Source of the DNA: Mobula birostris | Taxonomy: Eukaryota | Length of the DNA: 64,000 nucleotides | NCBI RefSeq assembly: GCF_030028105.1 | Contig: NC_092397.1 | Location: 42,660,613-42,724,612 of the forward strand | Direction: 5' to 3' | Shown here: in pieces, positions 1 through 12,310 of the stretch | Layout of the letters: every line of letters starts with the position of its first letter | Position numbering within the stretch: position 1 is the stretch's first letter | Program-made: the position numbers and the translations under genes | The notes under the pieces: generated by a model | Databases searched by the model: none | Told to the model about the DNA's origin: nothing | The model's input: the letters and a program-made list of their open reading frames with translations, nothing else

Positions 1-819
1 AACTGTTTCTATGAGGAGGAAAGACAAGGATGGTAAAGTCTGGCAGAGGGGCATAGTGAGAGATGTTATGAATTCAGATGGGAATAAAATGAAGGATAAG
101 GAATACTTCAGAAGTAGAAATTGGAGAAGGCCTCTGGCAACATGAAGCAAGCAAGAGAGAAGTTAGAGAATCAGAAGTGTGAAACGGGAAGAAGAAATAA
201 CTTTGGTGAGAAGGGGCACTGCGGAGAGCGTACGACAACACAAGCACAGAGGATAGGGTTTATGTCTGAAGTGTGCGAGGGACTAAACCAGTACTTCTCA
301 TCAGTATTCATCATTGTGGTCATGGAGGATAGTGAGATCAGAGAAGGGAGTGCTGATATTCCAGGGCATGTTGTTCCTCAGGCAATAGAGACAAACAGGA
401 AATTATAGATTGGTGAGACTTGGATCAATGCTCGGGAAATTATTCGAGAATATTATTAGAGATAGGATCTCTAATAAAAGTTAGGAGGGTAAAAGGAGGA
501 TATCATGATTCAGAAGGCAAAGTGAGCAAAATCCAAGAGATTCTCTTGGTATATTCATAGGAAAAGGTAAGTTAGACACAGAATCGTTCCCCTTGGAGGT
601 GAACATGGCCATCTGTGTGTGGAGGCAAATGAAATAGGAGAGGCTTTCCATGAATATTTCTGACAATTATTTCACCATTGCAAAAATTCTTTTAGGTTGT
701 TAAATCTCCAGGGCCTTATCAGGTACATTCTCGTACTTTGTGGGAAGCTGGAGAATACACTGTGGAGAGATTATTTTGCTCCATCTCAGGCACCAGTTGA
801 GGTTGCACATGATTGGACA

Positions 820-1720
820 GGGTGAGTAATGTGGAATTGATAGTTTTGAGGCCAAGACTGTGGATGATACAAAGAGGCAGGCAGTGATGAGGAAGCAGGG
901 AGTCTGCAGTAGCACTTGGACAGATTTGGAGAATGGAGAAGGAAGTGCCAGATGAAATACAGTGTAAGGAAATGTGTGGTCATGTACTCTGGTAGGGGGA
1001 ATAACAGCCTAGGCTCTTTCTAATCAGGGACAGAACAGAAATCAGTTGTGCAAAGGGTCTTAGTGCACGATTCCCTGAAGGTTAATGTACACATTGAGTT
1101 GGTAGTGAGGAAGGCAAATGTAATATTTGCATGCATTTCAAGAGAACTAGAAAATATAAACAAGGATCTAATGCTGAGGCTTTGGTCAGACCTTATTTTG
1201 AGAATCATGAGCAGGGTTGGGTAACTTTTCTAAGAAAGGATGTGCTGGCATTGCAGAGGCTGGAGTGGAAATTCAAGAGAATGATCCCAGGACTGAAAGA
1301 GTTAGGATATAATAATCATTTGATGATCTGGGCCTGTACTCACTGGAGTCTAGAAGAATGAGGGAGAATCTTATAGAAACATATGGAATATTGAACGGCC
1401 AAGATAGTGTTGATGTGAGAGGGTGTTTCCAATAATGGAGGAATCTTGAACCAAACCACTCCCTCAATAAAAATGCCCCTCTAGAATAGAGATGAGTAAT
1501 TTCTTTAGTCAGAAGGTGATGAATCAATGGATTTCATTTCCACAGGCAGCCATAAAGGCAGTCAGTAGGTTTATTTAAAGCAGAGATTAGTAGATTTTTA
1601 ATTATTATTAAGGGTATCAAAGCTTATGGGTAGAAGGCAGGAGAATGGGGTTGAGAGGGATGGAATGGCAGGACAGACTGAACGGGCCAAAAGGCCTAAT
1701 CCTGCTCCTATGACTTCAGG
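820..1720 (+). mobile_element. Degenerate CR1-clade LINE 3' fragment
   Basis: Broken ORF2 C-terminal peptides (ALVRPYFEN...RKDVLALQR...RMIPGL) followed by a CR1-like 3' UTR; many stops and frameshifts. Confidence 0.7.
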
Positions 1721-2299
1721 ACTGATGGTTTATGTGTTGCATTGTTTAAGAAGGGTAGTGGAAACTACAGGCCCATCACTCTGTAACTTGTTGGAGGAGT
1801 TTCTGAAGAACAGGATCCACCAACATTTGGTTTGAATCAAGACAGTCAGCACAGTTTTGTGCAAGGGAAATCAAGGCAAATTTCTTGCAGCTCTTTGAGG
1901 AGTTTCACAAGAGTGTTGATGATGTTAGGGCTGTGGATATTGTCTATACGGACATTAGCCAGGCCTTTGACTATAGTCTGGAAGGTTAGATCTAGAAAAT
2001 GGAATTTGGGGAGATAGTTGATCGATTCCATAATTGCCTCCGTGACAGAAGGCAGAGGCTGATGGTTGAGGGTTGTGTCTCAGACTGGAGCTGTCTGTCT
2101 AGTGGTGTGCCACTGGGTGACAGGACCTTTGTTGTTTGTAATTTATATAAATAATGTCCATGTGAATGTATAGTTCACTGAAAGTGACGTCTCAGCTAGA
2201 TACGGTGGTGAAGATGGGGTTTGATCTGCTGGCCTTCATCATTTGTGTCACTGAGTACAAGGGTTGAGAAGAAGTGTTGCAGATACACAAGTCTTTGGT

Positions 2300-2912
2300 G
2301 AGGACTGATCAAAGGAAACCATGCTGACTTTGGCCTATTTTTTCATGTGTTGCCAAGTACCCGAAAATACATCCTTGACAATCGACTCCATTATCTTCCC
2401 AACCACTGAGATCGGACTAGCTGGCCTATGATTTGCTTTCTTCTGCCTCCCTCTCTTCTTTAAGAGTGCATGACCTTTGCAATTTTCCTGTTCTCTGGAA
2501 CTACACCAGAATCCAGAGATTATGGAAAGATTATTACTAAAACTGCCACAATCTCTTCAGCCACATCTTTCAGAGCACTGGTGTAGATAATTTGGTCCAG
2601 GTGAATTATCTACCTTCAGACCTTTCAGTTTCCCAAGGACCATCTCCCTAGTAAAGGCAAAATTACTCATTTCTGCCCCCTGATTCTCTTGAATTTCCAG
2701 CAGACTGCTAATGTCATCCCCAGTGAAGACTGATGCACAATTCTTATTTAGTTTGTCTGCCATTTTCCTGTACCCCATTACTACCTCTCCAGTAACAACT
2801 TCCAATGAACCAATATCTACTGTTGCCTCTCTTTTACACTTTGTATATCTGAAGAAACTTTTGGTATCCTCTTTAATACCAGTAGCTAGCTTACCTTCGT
2901 ATTCCAATTTTT
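2300..2912 (-). mobile_element. Degenerate CR1-clade LINE ORF2 fragment; 2480-2912 is an inverted near-copy of 7973-8384
   Basis: ORF 2557..2907(-) IKEDTKSFFRY...KLKGLKVDNSPGP, a CR1 endonuclease-RT tether region. Confidence 0.75.
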
Positions 2913-2919
2913 TCCTTTT

Positions 2920-3194
2920 GTTATTATATTGTAATTTGTCCTCTACTGTGCTTGTTGTCTTGTTTATTATTTAATGAACTGCCCTGCACTGTTTTGTGCT
3001 CTTTATGTAGTTCTGTGTAGGTCTGTAGTCAAGTGTAGTTTTTGTGTTGTTTTACATAGTCTAGTGTAGCCTTGTGTTGTTTCATGTAACACCATGGTCC
3101 TGGAGGAATACTGTTTCATTTTTACTGTGTACTGTACCAGCAGTTTATGGTCGAAATGACAATAAAAAGCAACTTGATTTGACTTGACTTGACT
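2920..3194 (+). mobile_element. LINE/SINE 3' end with AATAAA and (TTGAC)n tail
   Basis: gacaataaaaagcaacttgatttgacttgacttgact at 3158-3194, a short tandem tail of the L2/Rex type. Confidence 0.55.
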
Positions 3195-3687
3195 GCTCCC
3201 CCTCTGTGATCTTTATAGCAGTTTATTTCCTTTCAGTGGCACTTGCAGGATGATACGGACAAACACGTCAAGATCCCTCAGTGTATCAGACAGAAGTGGA
3301 TATAGATCAGTTGGAATTCTGTCTGTTTGAAAACTTTCCTCACCATCCACAACTACACCAACATTCGTGTCATCAGCGATCTGATCAGCCCATGTGTGTT
3401 TTAATCTGATCAGACAGAGGTCCCATCACTGATCACTGTGGACACACTGGTTACATATCTACAGTCAAAATCATTCTCAATTCCATCAGCCCGAATGTCG
3501 CTCCACAACACATACCATTCAAACCCTCCCACACAGAGACTCGAGGAAAGTGACACATTTATCACAAGACCAGAGTTGGGTTGAATGGTCTGGACTTGTT
3601 GCTCTGGATACTCTGCTCCAAAGTCCATCCAGCCCAATGTAACCAGATACATCATCCCTGATATACCGATGTACAGCATTGTGTCAC

Positions 3688-4138
3688 AAACAAGAGAAAA
3701 TCTGCAGATGCTGGAAATCCAGGCAACAGACACAAAATACTGAACAAACTCAGTGGGTCAGGCAGCATCCAGAGAAAAATAAAAGTACAGCCAATGTTTT
3801 GGGCCAAAACCCTTCGGCAGGACTTAAGGAGAAAATGTGAGGAGTAGATTTAAAAGGTGGGGTAGGGGTGAGAAAAATAAGGTGAGTGAAACCTGTAAGG
3901 GGACGGATGAAGTAAAGAGCTGGGAAGTTGATTAGTGAAAGAGACAGGAGGCCATGGAAGAAAGAAAAGGGGGGAGGAGCAGCAGAGGGAGATGGTGGGT
4001 GGGCAAGATGATGGGAAATGGTGAAGGGGGGTCAGTGGGAGGCATTACCAGAAATGCGAGAGTTCGATGTTCATGCCGTCAGGTTGGAAGCTACCCATAA
4101 GGTGTTGTTCCTCCAACAAATGTGTGGCCACATCGCAT
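3688..4138 (-). mobile_element. Penelope-like element 3' fragment with decayed hammerhead
   Basis: Minus strand encodes LEEQHL..GSFQPDGMNIE (GIY-YIG C-terminus); degenerate hammerhead motif at about 3788-3824. Confidence 0.65.
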
Positions 4139-4257
4139 TGTATGATATTGTTTAAAAAGTTAAAAAGAATTCAATTGTGAGGATGAATCTGAAAGAACCT
4201 ATATACACTTACACTGCATGAGAGACCGGGAGACACAGTGCCAAGTATCAACTCCCA

Positions 4258-4357
4258 CACTGTACCGGAGACTGACAGGTACAGAATGAACCCCACACTC
4301 TCACACTGAACCAGAGACTGACAGGTACAGAATGAACCCCACACACTCACGCTGTAC
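4258..4357 (+). repeat. About 2 units of the 46-bp satellite
   Basis: cactgtaccggagactgacaggtacagaatgaaccccacactctca, the same unit as the array at 55189-56575. Confidence 0.9.
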
Positions 4358-4837
4358 AAGTACAGACATTACGTACTTTAACAAACCTGAACAACACTTC
4401 TCTCCACCTCAAGACAGCACCACTTTGATCAATTTACACTGCAATGGACTGTCTTGATATTCAAATTCTCTTATCTTTTTACAATTCTGTACAGCAAGTT
4501 TAGTTCTTGTAAGCGCTGTATCGTGGATACTATGTGTTTATGATGCTGCTGCAGTAAATTTATCTTTCTCCTGGTCCATTTGACCTTCGATCTCCTGCTG
4601 TCCTGTTTCATTACATAAACGTCTCATATTATCAACTGTGTGTTTTTCTCATTCCATCTGCTTTTCTAGCAGATACGATGGGCCAAATGGCCAAATACTG
4701 CCGCTGTAGTTGGTCCATTTTGTACTTTAGATTTCCTTCCTGCCGAATTACCCGGCAGCGGCAACTCACCAGATCAGCGACAGTTCCCAGTCCACGGTGT
4801 TACCCAGACCAAACACGGGGTAGTGGAGAGGGAGTCC

Positions 4838-4972
4838 TGATTGGTTAAACGAATTTCTTCAGCTATCCAATCAAATGATTTTACTGCGTGAATCTTTGCT
4901 TCAAATAGCCATTGAGAATCTTCGGCATCCCATCCCTCATTAGCATACACCTCTGGGCGCTGCCTATTTAAT
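4838..4972 (+). promoter_or_regulatory. H2B promoter
   Basis: CCAAT boxes (about 4840 inverted and 4867), octamer variant ATTAGCAT 4939-4946, TATA-like CTATTTAA 4964-4971; block conserved in the second H2B promoter. Confidence 0.75.
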
Positions 4973-5024
4973 TCGTCCTGGGAGCGCGATTTGCTTATTT
5001 CTGCTTCTGAAGCGGTCAGCTGAA

Positions 5025-5399
5025 ATGCCTGAGACAGCGAAACCCGCTCCGAAGAAGGGCGCCAAGAAAGCTCTGCCCAAACCAGCGGGCAAGGCAGGGA
5101 AGAAGCGCAAGAGGCTGAGGAAGGAGAGTTACTCCATCTACATTTACAAAGTGATGAAGCAGGTTCACCCCGACACCGGTATCTCCTCTAAGGCCATGAG
5201 CATCATGAACTCGTTCGTCAACGATATCTTCGAGCGCATCGGGGGCGAGGCTTCCCGCCTGGCCCATTACAACAAGCGGTCAACCATCACCTCACGGGAG
5301 ATCCAGACCGCCGTGCGCCTGCTGCTGCCCGGGGAGCTGGCCAAGCACGCCGTGTCCGAAGGGACAAAGGCGGTGACCAAGTACACCAGCTCCAAGTAA
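5025..5399 (+). CDS. H2B: Replication-dependent histone H2B (124 aa)
   Basis: Intronless [15 protein letters not shown]...[10 protein letters not shown] with canonical H2B fold; 3' stem-loop. Confidence 0.99.
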   Translation: MPETAKPAPKKGAKKALPKPAGKAGKKRKRLRKESYSIYIYKVMKQVHPDTGISSKAMSIMNSFVNDIFERIGGEASRLAHYNKRSTITSREIQTAVRLLLPGELAKHAVSEGTKAVTKYTSSK

Positions 5400-5430
5400 A
5401 GCTCCCCAGGGCGATGATCGAAAACACAAC

Positions 5431-5471
5431 GGCTCTTTTAAGAGCCACTCACGATTTCACTGAGAGAGTTG
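5431..5471 (+). terminator. Histone 3' stem-loop and downstream element (H2B)
   Basis: GGCTCTTTTAAGAGCC 5431-5446; purine-rich GAGAGAGTTG 5462-5471. Confidence 0.95.
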
Positions 5472-6060
5472 TACTAGCATTTATGCAATACATGGCGCAC
5501 GTTTTATGTGTGGTGACTTTTACAAGAGCTAAAGAGCGGTTGGAATATCCGGTTCATCTTCCCCGTATAATCCCGGTGTTTAACATTCCTAAAAAGGAAT
5601 TGTTACCTCCCATCAGTCCGTCCCTGCCGGTATACATGTCGAGCGGAGGATTGCTGCCGTTGCTGTTTTAGCTGTGGGTTCAGGAGTTTATTGGTTACAG
5701 TTAGGTAACTTCTCTGAATCTCATTTCAATGCGAGGCCGGAACGACTACACGGTTCTTTCATAGAACAACTTTTTTTTTAAGTTGCAGAGTAGACGCTGG
5801 GGACAGTTTGAGAAGAGCCGTTTGTCCATAACTTGATAACGTTTACACAATGACCGGCACCGGGCAGAAGCTGAGTGTCAGTTTTACTCGGTTCCTTTAC
5901 GAGTTGAAAGAAATTAGAAATTTGAGTTCCCAGACACTCCAATATCAACTACACTTGCATTAAATGTGTCCGATTTCAGTAACGGGGGAATTACAAAGAC
6001 CCAGTCGTCAAACAGATCAGCAATGATTTAATTTCAGATTAAATGTGAACAATAGTTTTT

Positions 6061-6699
<639 letters not shown>

Positions 6700-6729
6700 A
6701 GCGACATAAGCTGAACCTATTTACCCAAA

Positions 6730-6770
6730 GGCTCTTTTCAGAGCCACTCACGGTGTCTGTGGAAGGGCTG
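6730..6770 (+). terminator. Histone 3' stem-loop and downstream element (H2A)
   Basis: GGCTCTTTTCAGAGCC 6730-6745; GGAAGGGCTG 6761-6770. Confidence 0.95.
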
Positions 6771-7931
6771 AACAGCGAGTGATTTCCGTTCAGAGTAACT
6801 GGGCTGTGTATCTGTCACGGCCCGGACCGGAGCCATCCGTGGTAACGTTTTCTCTCCTTCCGTCGTGTTTATTCCGCGAATTAAACCGGTATAAGTCTTC
6901 ACAGTACACGATCCGCTTCACCCTGACTCATTTCCCCTCTCTGCTGGCTGAATGGCGCTCTCTCCCCTTGCGGGGTGGGGAAATGAACTTCCAGAGTCAG
7001 ACCCCGGAGGGTGAATTTAAACTCCGATCATTGAAAGATTCCACTCTTCATGACCTGAAACCGTGTTGTCTGGGTTTCACATTGCGGGTTGACCCTGGAC
7101 CGTTCCGGTGTACAGCAGACGGGAGCACCGCCTGCTGATCGCTTCATGAGCAATTCCCACCGCCTCACAGAACAATAATATTTGCAGCTTTACATTTATC
7201 TACAAAAGTACATTTACCCTGTGGAACTGACAGTATTTACTGAAAATCTCGCCCACCTGGGTCTCTGAAATATAAATGAACATTTTGCAAAGAAAGGGTC
7301 AGTTTGGTTAGATCTCCCGTGACACGGCTCCCTCTGAGGCGCTGGGTCTCTCTGAGAACAGACTTCTGTTTGTGCCAGGGAGAAAAGGGAGGGGGTGGGT
7401 GGATCGACAAGAAGGTTCAATGCTGTCCTGTCTCTAGTAGGAACTTCTAAACACATTGATAAAACCGGACACAGAATAAATTCTGCTCCACCAACCCTTT
7501 AGCAGTGCGGTGGTCCCAGTCAACATGATGGGGCAATCCCCAGGGATGTCTTCGCTAAGTACCACTGATATGTTCTCCCTGGTCAAACACATCTCTCCTT
7601 CTCTCTTCCCTGCACTCCATCCTACCTGTAGCATTTGTACTGTGAAACTGAGTTGCCGGTCCCCCCCCCACCGACCACCATTTTTCTCTGGGAGCTAACC
7701 ACACACTGCTCCAGTCCACCCAGCTGAAAATGGGTACCTGCAAATGCTGGGGGTTAATCTCGCGATAGACTGGCGACCTATGGGGTGGTGGGTGGGGGGG
7801 GGGGAGTCTCGTACTCGCAGTCTACCTGTCCATTAGTACCGACGTGAATCACCATCTCCGGCTGAATGATCACCGTCCCCTTGTCTGTATCTGCTCGGAG
7901 ATGACCCTGACTCTCAGAGGATTTACAATTT

Positions 7932-8384
7932 TTAAAACCAACAAAAGGCGACGGAAAAAGTCATAAAGACGAAAAATTTGGAATACGAAGGTAAGCTAGC
8001 CACAGGTATTAAAGAGGATACCAAAAGTTTCTTCAGATATACAAAGTGTAAAAGAGACGCAACAGTAGATATTGGGGAAGTTGTTACTGGAGAGGTAGTA
8101 ATGGGGTACAGGAAAATGGCAGACAAACTGAATAAGTATTGTGCATTGGTCATCAGCAGTCTGCTGGAAATTCAAGAGAATCAGGGGGCAGAAATGAGTA
8201 ATTTTGCCTTTACTAGGGAGATGGTCCTTGGGAAGCTGAAAGGTCTGAAAGTAGATAATTCACCTGGACCAGATTGTCTACACCAGTGCTCTGAAAGATG
8301 TGGCTGAAGAGATTGTGGCAGTTTTAGTAATAAGCTTTCCATAATCTGTGGATTCTGGTGTGGTTCCAGAGAACAGGAAAATTG
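7932..8384 (+). mobile_element. CR1-clade LINE ORF2 fragment
   Basis: ORF 7978..8307 is nearly identical to 2557..2907(-). Confidence 0.75.
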
Positions 8385-8474
8385 ATTTTGATACTAATCA
8401 GCTTCACTGATCAATGTCAGTGCACAAAAGGTTTATTAATTAGTTGGAATAACTTCCCTCAACTTTACTTGGAT

Positions 8475-8960
8475 GGTTGTCGCAGATTACAGGGTGATCG
8501 TGATCATTTAGGGAAGAGGGTCAAGTGTGGCAAATGAATTTCAATACAGATAAGTGTGAGGCGGTGCACATTGGAAAGTCAAACCAGTGTAGAATTTACA
8601 CTATGAATGATCGGTCATTGGGGAGTGTAATGGGCCGGAGAGATTTAGGGGTAAAGTGCACACACAGTTCATTGAAAGTTGTGTCACTTGTAGACAGGGT
8701 GGTGAAGAACGGGGTTTAACATGCTGGTCTTCATTTGTCAGGGGATAGAGTATATCAGTTGTGACATTATGATACAGTTGTGTAAGTGACTGGAGGCCTC
8801 ACTTGCCGATTTGTGTACAGCTCTTGTCACCGTTATAGGAAACGTGGTTAAACTGGGGAGAGTGTAGAAAGGATTTCCAAGAATGTTTCCCGGACCCGAG
8901 GTTCTCAGTTACACAGAGAGTTTGGCCAGACAATGTCCTTTGTCCTTTATTCCTTGGAAT
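8475..8960 (+). mobile_element. Degenerate CR1 LINE post-RT fragment
   Basis: WQMNFNTDKCEAVH...RDLGV...VDRVVK. Confidence 0.7.
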
Positions 8961-9094
8961 CAGAATCACATTTATCACTGTGTTATATGACGAGGAACCT
9001 GTCGTTTTATTTTGACAGCAGTACAGACCTCTGAAGGTGCAGATGTGAACATTGTGTCAGCATAACGCCAAGAGATTCTGGGAATCGCGAACAA

Positions 9095-9326
9095 CGCGGA
9101 CAAAATGCTGGAGGAACCCAGCAAGTCAGGCAGCATCTCCCACCAGAGTCCTGATGAAGGGTCTCGGCCCGAAATGTCGACTGTTCATTCTCCCCATTGG
9201 TGCTGCCTGAGGCCGAGACCCTTCGACTGCACCCCTTCCTACAGATGCTGCCTGGCCTGCTGCGTTCACCAGCAACTTTGATGTGTGTTCCTTGAATTTC
9301 CAGCATGTGCAGAATTCCTGTTGTTG
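9095..9326 (+). mobile_element. Penelope-derived fold-back element with hammerhead motif
   Basis: Inverted arms CAAAATGCTGGAGGAACCCAGCAAGTCAGGCAGCATCT / AGATGCTGCCTGGCCTGCTGCGTTCACCAGCAACTTTG around CTGATGA...GAAA (9147-9183). Confidence 0.7.
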
Positions 9327-9337
9327 GACGAGATCAC

Positions 9338-9764
9338 TGTGTTTGTGGGTCCGAACACATCGCCGGATTTCCCAGCGCCTCCTGTACAAAAAGAAAAGAT
9401 TTCTCTGTTACGATATGGCCCCACTCCCCAGCTCAGTCCTGAAGCGGGAATTAACCGGAAAGTTTTAGTTAGTTTCAAAATTTCAGCCGAAAAGCAAACA
9501 GCAGGTCAACAATATGGAGAGAGATCGCGGGCAGCGCAGTAATGAAACGGGTTAAAATAGAAAGTGCTGCCTTTAATCCCGATTGAACTCTCTTTCCAGC
9601 GAACTTTCCGGCCTCAGTGACGGACAGGGACCAGTCCGCGGCCCCGGAGTGTCCGATTTTAATTGGAATCGGAGAATTTTTGAGGAGAGAGAAACACAGA
9701 AAAATGAAGTCTCCGGGAGCTGACAGCGGGATGTCTCCGCCCCGTCCGCTCGCTGCCTTTAAAT
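9338..9764 (+). promoter_or_regulatory. H1 promoter (TG box, H1/AC box, GC box, TATA-like)
   Basis: TGTGTTT 9338-9344, AAACACA 9692-9698, CTCCGCCCC at about 9735, TTTAAAT 9758-9764. Confidence 0.75.
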
Positions 9765-9838
9765 TGCTCTGTGCCGCCGCCTTTCGCTTCATTTCTCATT
9801 CAGTCTGATTGCGAGAAGGATTTTCCAGAGTCGCTGAC

Positions 9839-10399
9839 ATGACCGAGACAGCACCCGCCGAAACGGCTGCTCCAGCCGCACCCGCCGCCGCAAAGAAGAC
9901 TCCCAAGAAGAAAGCGGCCGGCCGTAGCAAACCAGCCGGTCCCAATCTGGGCGAACAAATCGATAAGATTGTGGCGCATTGTCGCGATAGGAAGGGTATG
10001 TCCGCTTTGGCCATCATGAAGGCTCTGACCGGCAGCGGTGTTGATGTGGGGAAACGTCGCGCCCAGATCAGGATGTGCATCAGGAAGCGAGTGGAAAGCG
10101 GCTCCTTGGTTCAGACCAAGGGCGCAGGTCTTTCGGGATCCTTTAAATCCGGTAAAGTAAAAAGTGCCGTGAAAGTGGTGAAGAAAGCGAACAAGCCATC
10201 GGCAAAGAAATCTGCCATCAAGAAATCTCCCAGTAAGAAGTCTGGCGCCAAGAATCCAGCGACTAAGAGAGCGGCAGCTAAGAAACCAGCGGCTAAAAAA
10301 CCGGCAGCTAAGAAACCAGCGGCGCCGAAGCCAAAAAGCCCCAAGAAACTCGCAGCCCCGAAGAAGAAAGCGGCCAAGAAGACAGCAGTCAAAAAGTGA
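9839..10399 (+). CDS. H1: Linker histone H1 (186 aa)
   Basis: MTETAPAETAAPAA..., globular domain ending LVQTKGAGLSGSFK, K/A/P-rich tail with KSPKK; 3' stem-loop. ATG at 9839. Confidence 0.97.
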   Translation: MTETAPAETAAPAAPAAAKKTPKKKAAGRSKPAGPNLGEQIDKIVAHCRDRKGMSALAIMKALTGSGVDVGKRRAQIRMCIRKRVESGSLVQTKGAGLSGSFKSGKVKSAVKVVKKANKPSAKKSAIKKSPSKKSGAKNPATKRAAAKKPAAKKPAAKKPAAPKPKSPKKLAAPKKKAAKKTAVKK

Positions 10400-10435
10400 A
10401 TTGAGATATACCGTTTCTAAGTGTTTGAACCCACC

Positions 10436-10474
10436 GGCTCTTCTCAGAGCCACCCACATCTCAGAATAGAGCTG
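10436..10474 (+). terminator. Histone 3' stem-loop and downstream element (H1)
   Basis: GGCTCTTCTCAGAGCC 10436-10451, then ACCCA, then AATAGAGCTG. Confidence 0.95.
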
Positions 10475-11240
10475 ATCATGAATATTGAGATTCCCGCGCC
10501 GGATCCGAATGAGTTTTCCGGGGCAACTTCTCGCATAAAACCCGATATTCCCGGTACCTCTCTGACATTCAGTGCGGCCGTGGCGTCCCAGATTTGAAGT
10601 GAAACACTGCGTTTCACTCGGGCTGTGTGTGAGTATGAGAGAGTGAGATCGGTGGGGTGGTCTGCAGGCCCAGTTCCTTCTCCCGCTCCAGGAGAGCGTG
10701 ACTGGGTTCAGCGGAGATTCCGCGCCTCGCATCCCAAAGTCCGATTCAGGTGAGTTGATTGGGAACTGCTGAAACCTATGTGAGAGGGGAGGGGGCGTCT
10801 TGAGAGAGGGATCTGTCTCTGGGGATGGATGATGTATGATAAACTACCCGGCGACTTTGCCGACTGACCTTCAATCAGGTACCAGCTACAAAAGTTTATT
10901 TACACAACATTTACAAGAGTAAAATCAAAAATATATAATTACCGCTCTCGGAAATCCCCCACTGTACCCAACGCGACCGCATGCTCCCGCTCCAAGGACA
11001 GCCGGACATGTCCGAAGAAAACAAAACGGAACAGCCGCAGCAGCGGTACATGGCAGGTTTGTGGGAGAAGTGAAGGGCCAGGTGAGACCCTGACGGGGAG
11101 GGAGCGCGTTCATCTCCCGTCCCTCGCTTAATTAACCTGTCGGCACAGAAAAGCTGATGATCGCGGTCAGTCAGTGCAAAACCGAGCCACCCCATCAGGA
11201 GGGCAGATCGTCACTACAATAATACTATGATCAGCAAGCG

Positions 11241-11282
11241 ACAGCCCTTTCCTTTGCTGTGGTAGTGGCTCTTAAAAGAGCC
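11241..11282 (-). terminator. Histone 3' stem-loop and downstream element (H3)
   Basis: Minus strand GGCTCTTTTAAGAGCC 11282-11267; GGAAAGGGCTGT. Confidence 0.95.
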
Positions 11283-11311
11283 TTTTCTTGGGTTTGTTGT
11301 GGAGGCCGGGT

Positions 11312-11728
<417 letters not shown>

Positions 11729-11792
11729 TCAGAACCGAGAACACAGGCTGAAATACAGGAACAAGATAGACGAAATGTGCTCCGGGACAGGG

Positions 11793-12000
11793 TTTTATAC
11801 TGTTGGAAAGGGTCTTCCCATCAGCTCTGATTGGCTGAACCAGGTGTCTATTAAGGTCCCTTACTGCGATTGGTTGATTCATTTCCTGCAGGCTGGGGGC
11901 GAATAACAATTTACGACAAAATAGGAAACTGTTGACTGGCGGTCGGATTTCATTCCTGCAGTGTGATTGGCGCAGAATTAATTTAAAATCGCCCGCCAAT
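11793..12000 (-). promoter_or_regulatory. H3 promoter
   Basis: Minus strand TATAAAA 11799-11793, CCAAT at about 11830, 11869 and 11966, TTGGCGGG at about 11992-11999. Confidence 0.7.
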
Positions 12001-12310
12001 TTCAGAGCACCCAGCAACGGTCCTAAATACATTTTATTTACAATTAATTGTATGACGGATTATACAATTTCAGTTTCATTTAATATCTAATTGCCTCAGT
12101 TAAGATTTAAATGCACAACTACGGAATCGTTCTCTGAACGAGTGAAACTGTTCGAAACTGATAAGAGGATTAAGATCGATCCTAATGCAGGTTTTGCGGT
12201 AATCACCGACTGGAAAGGCAGAATTACAGTATGTTTCAAGCGGCACCAATCAATCTGTTTAAAATGGAACTCAGCTGAGTATAAAATAAAAAGAATCAAA
12301 AAGTCTGTGG

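Noticed and set aside
9800-10732. 310-aa minus-strand ORF
   Set aside because: Antisense shadow of the lysine-rich H1 codons; no independent signals.
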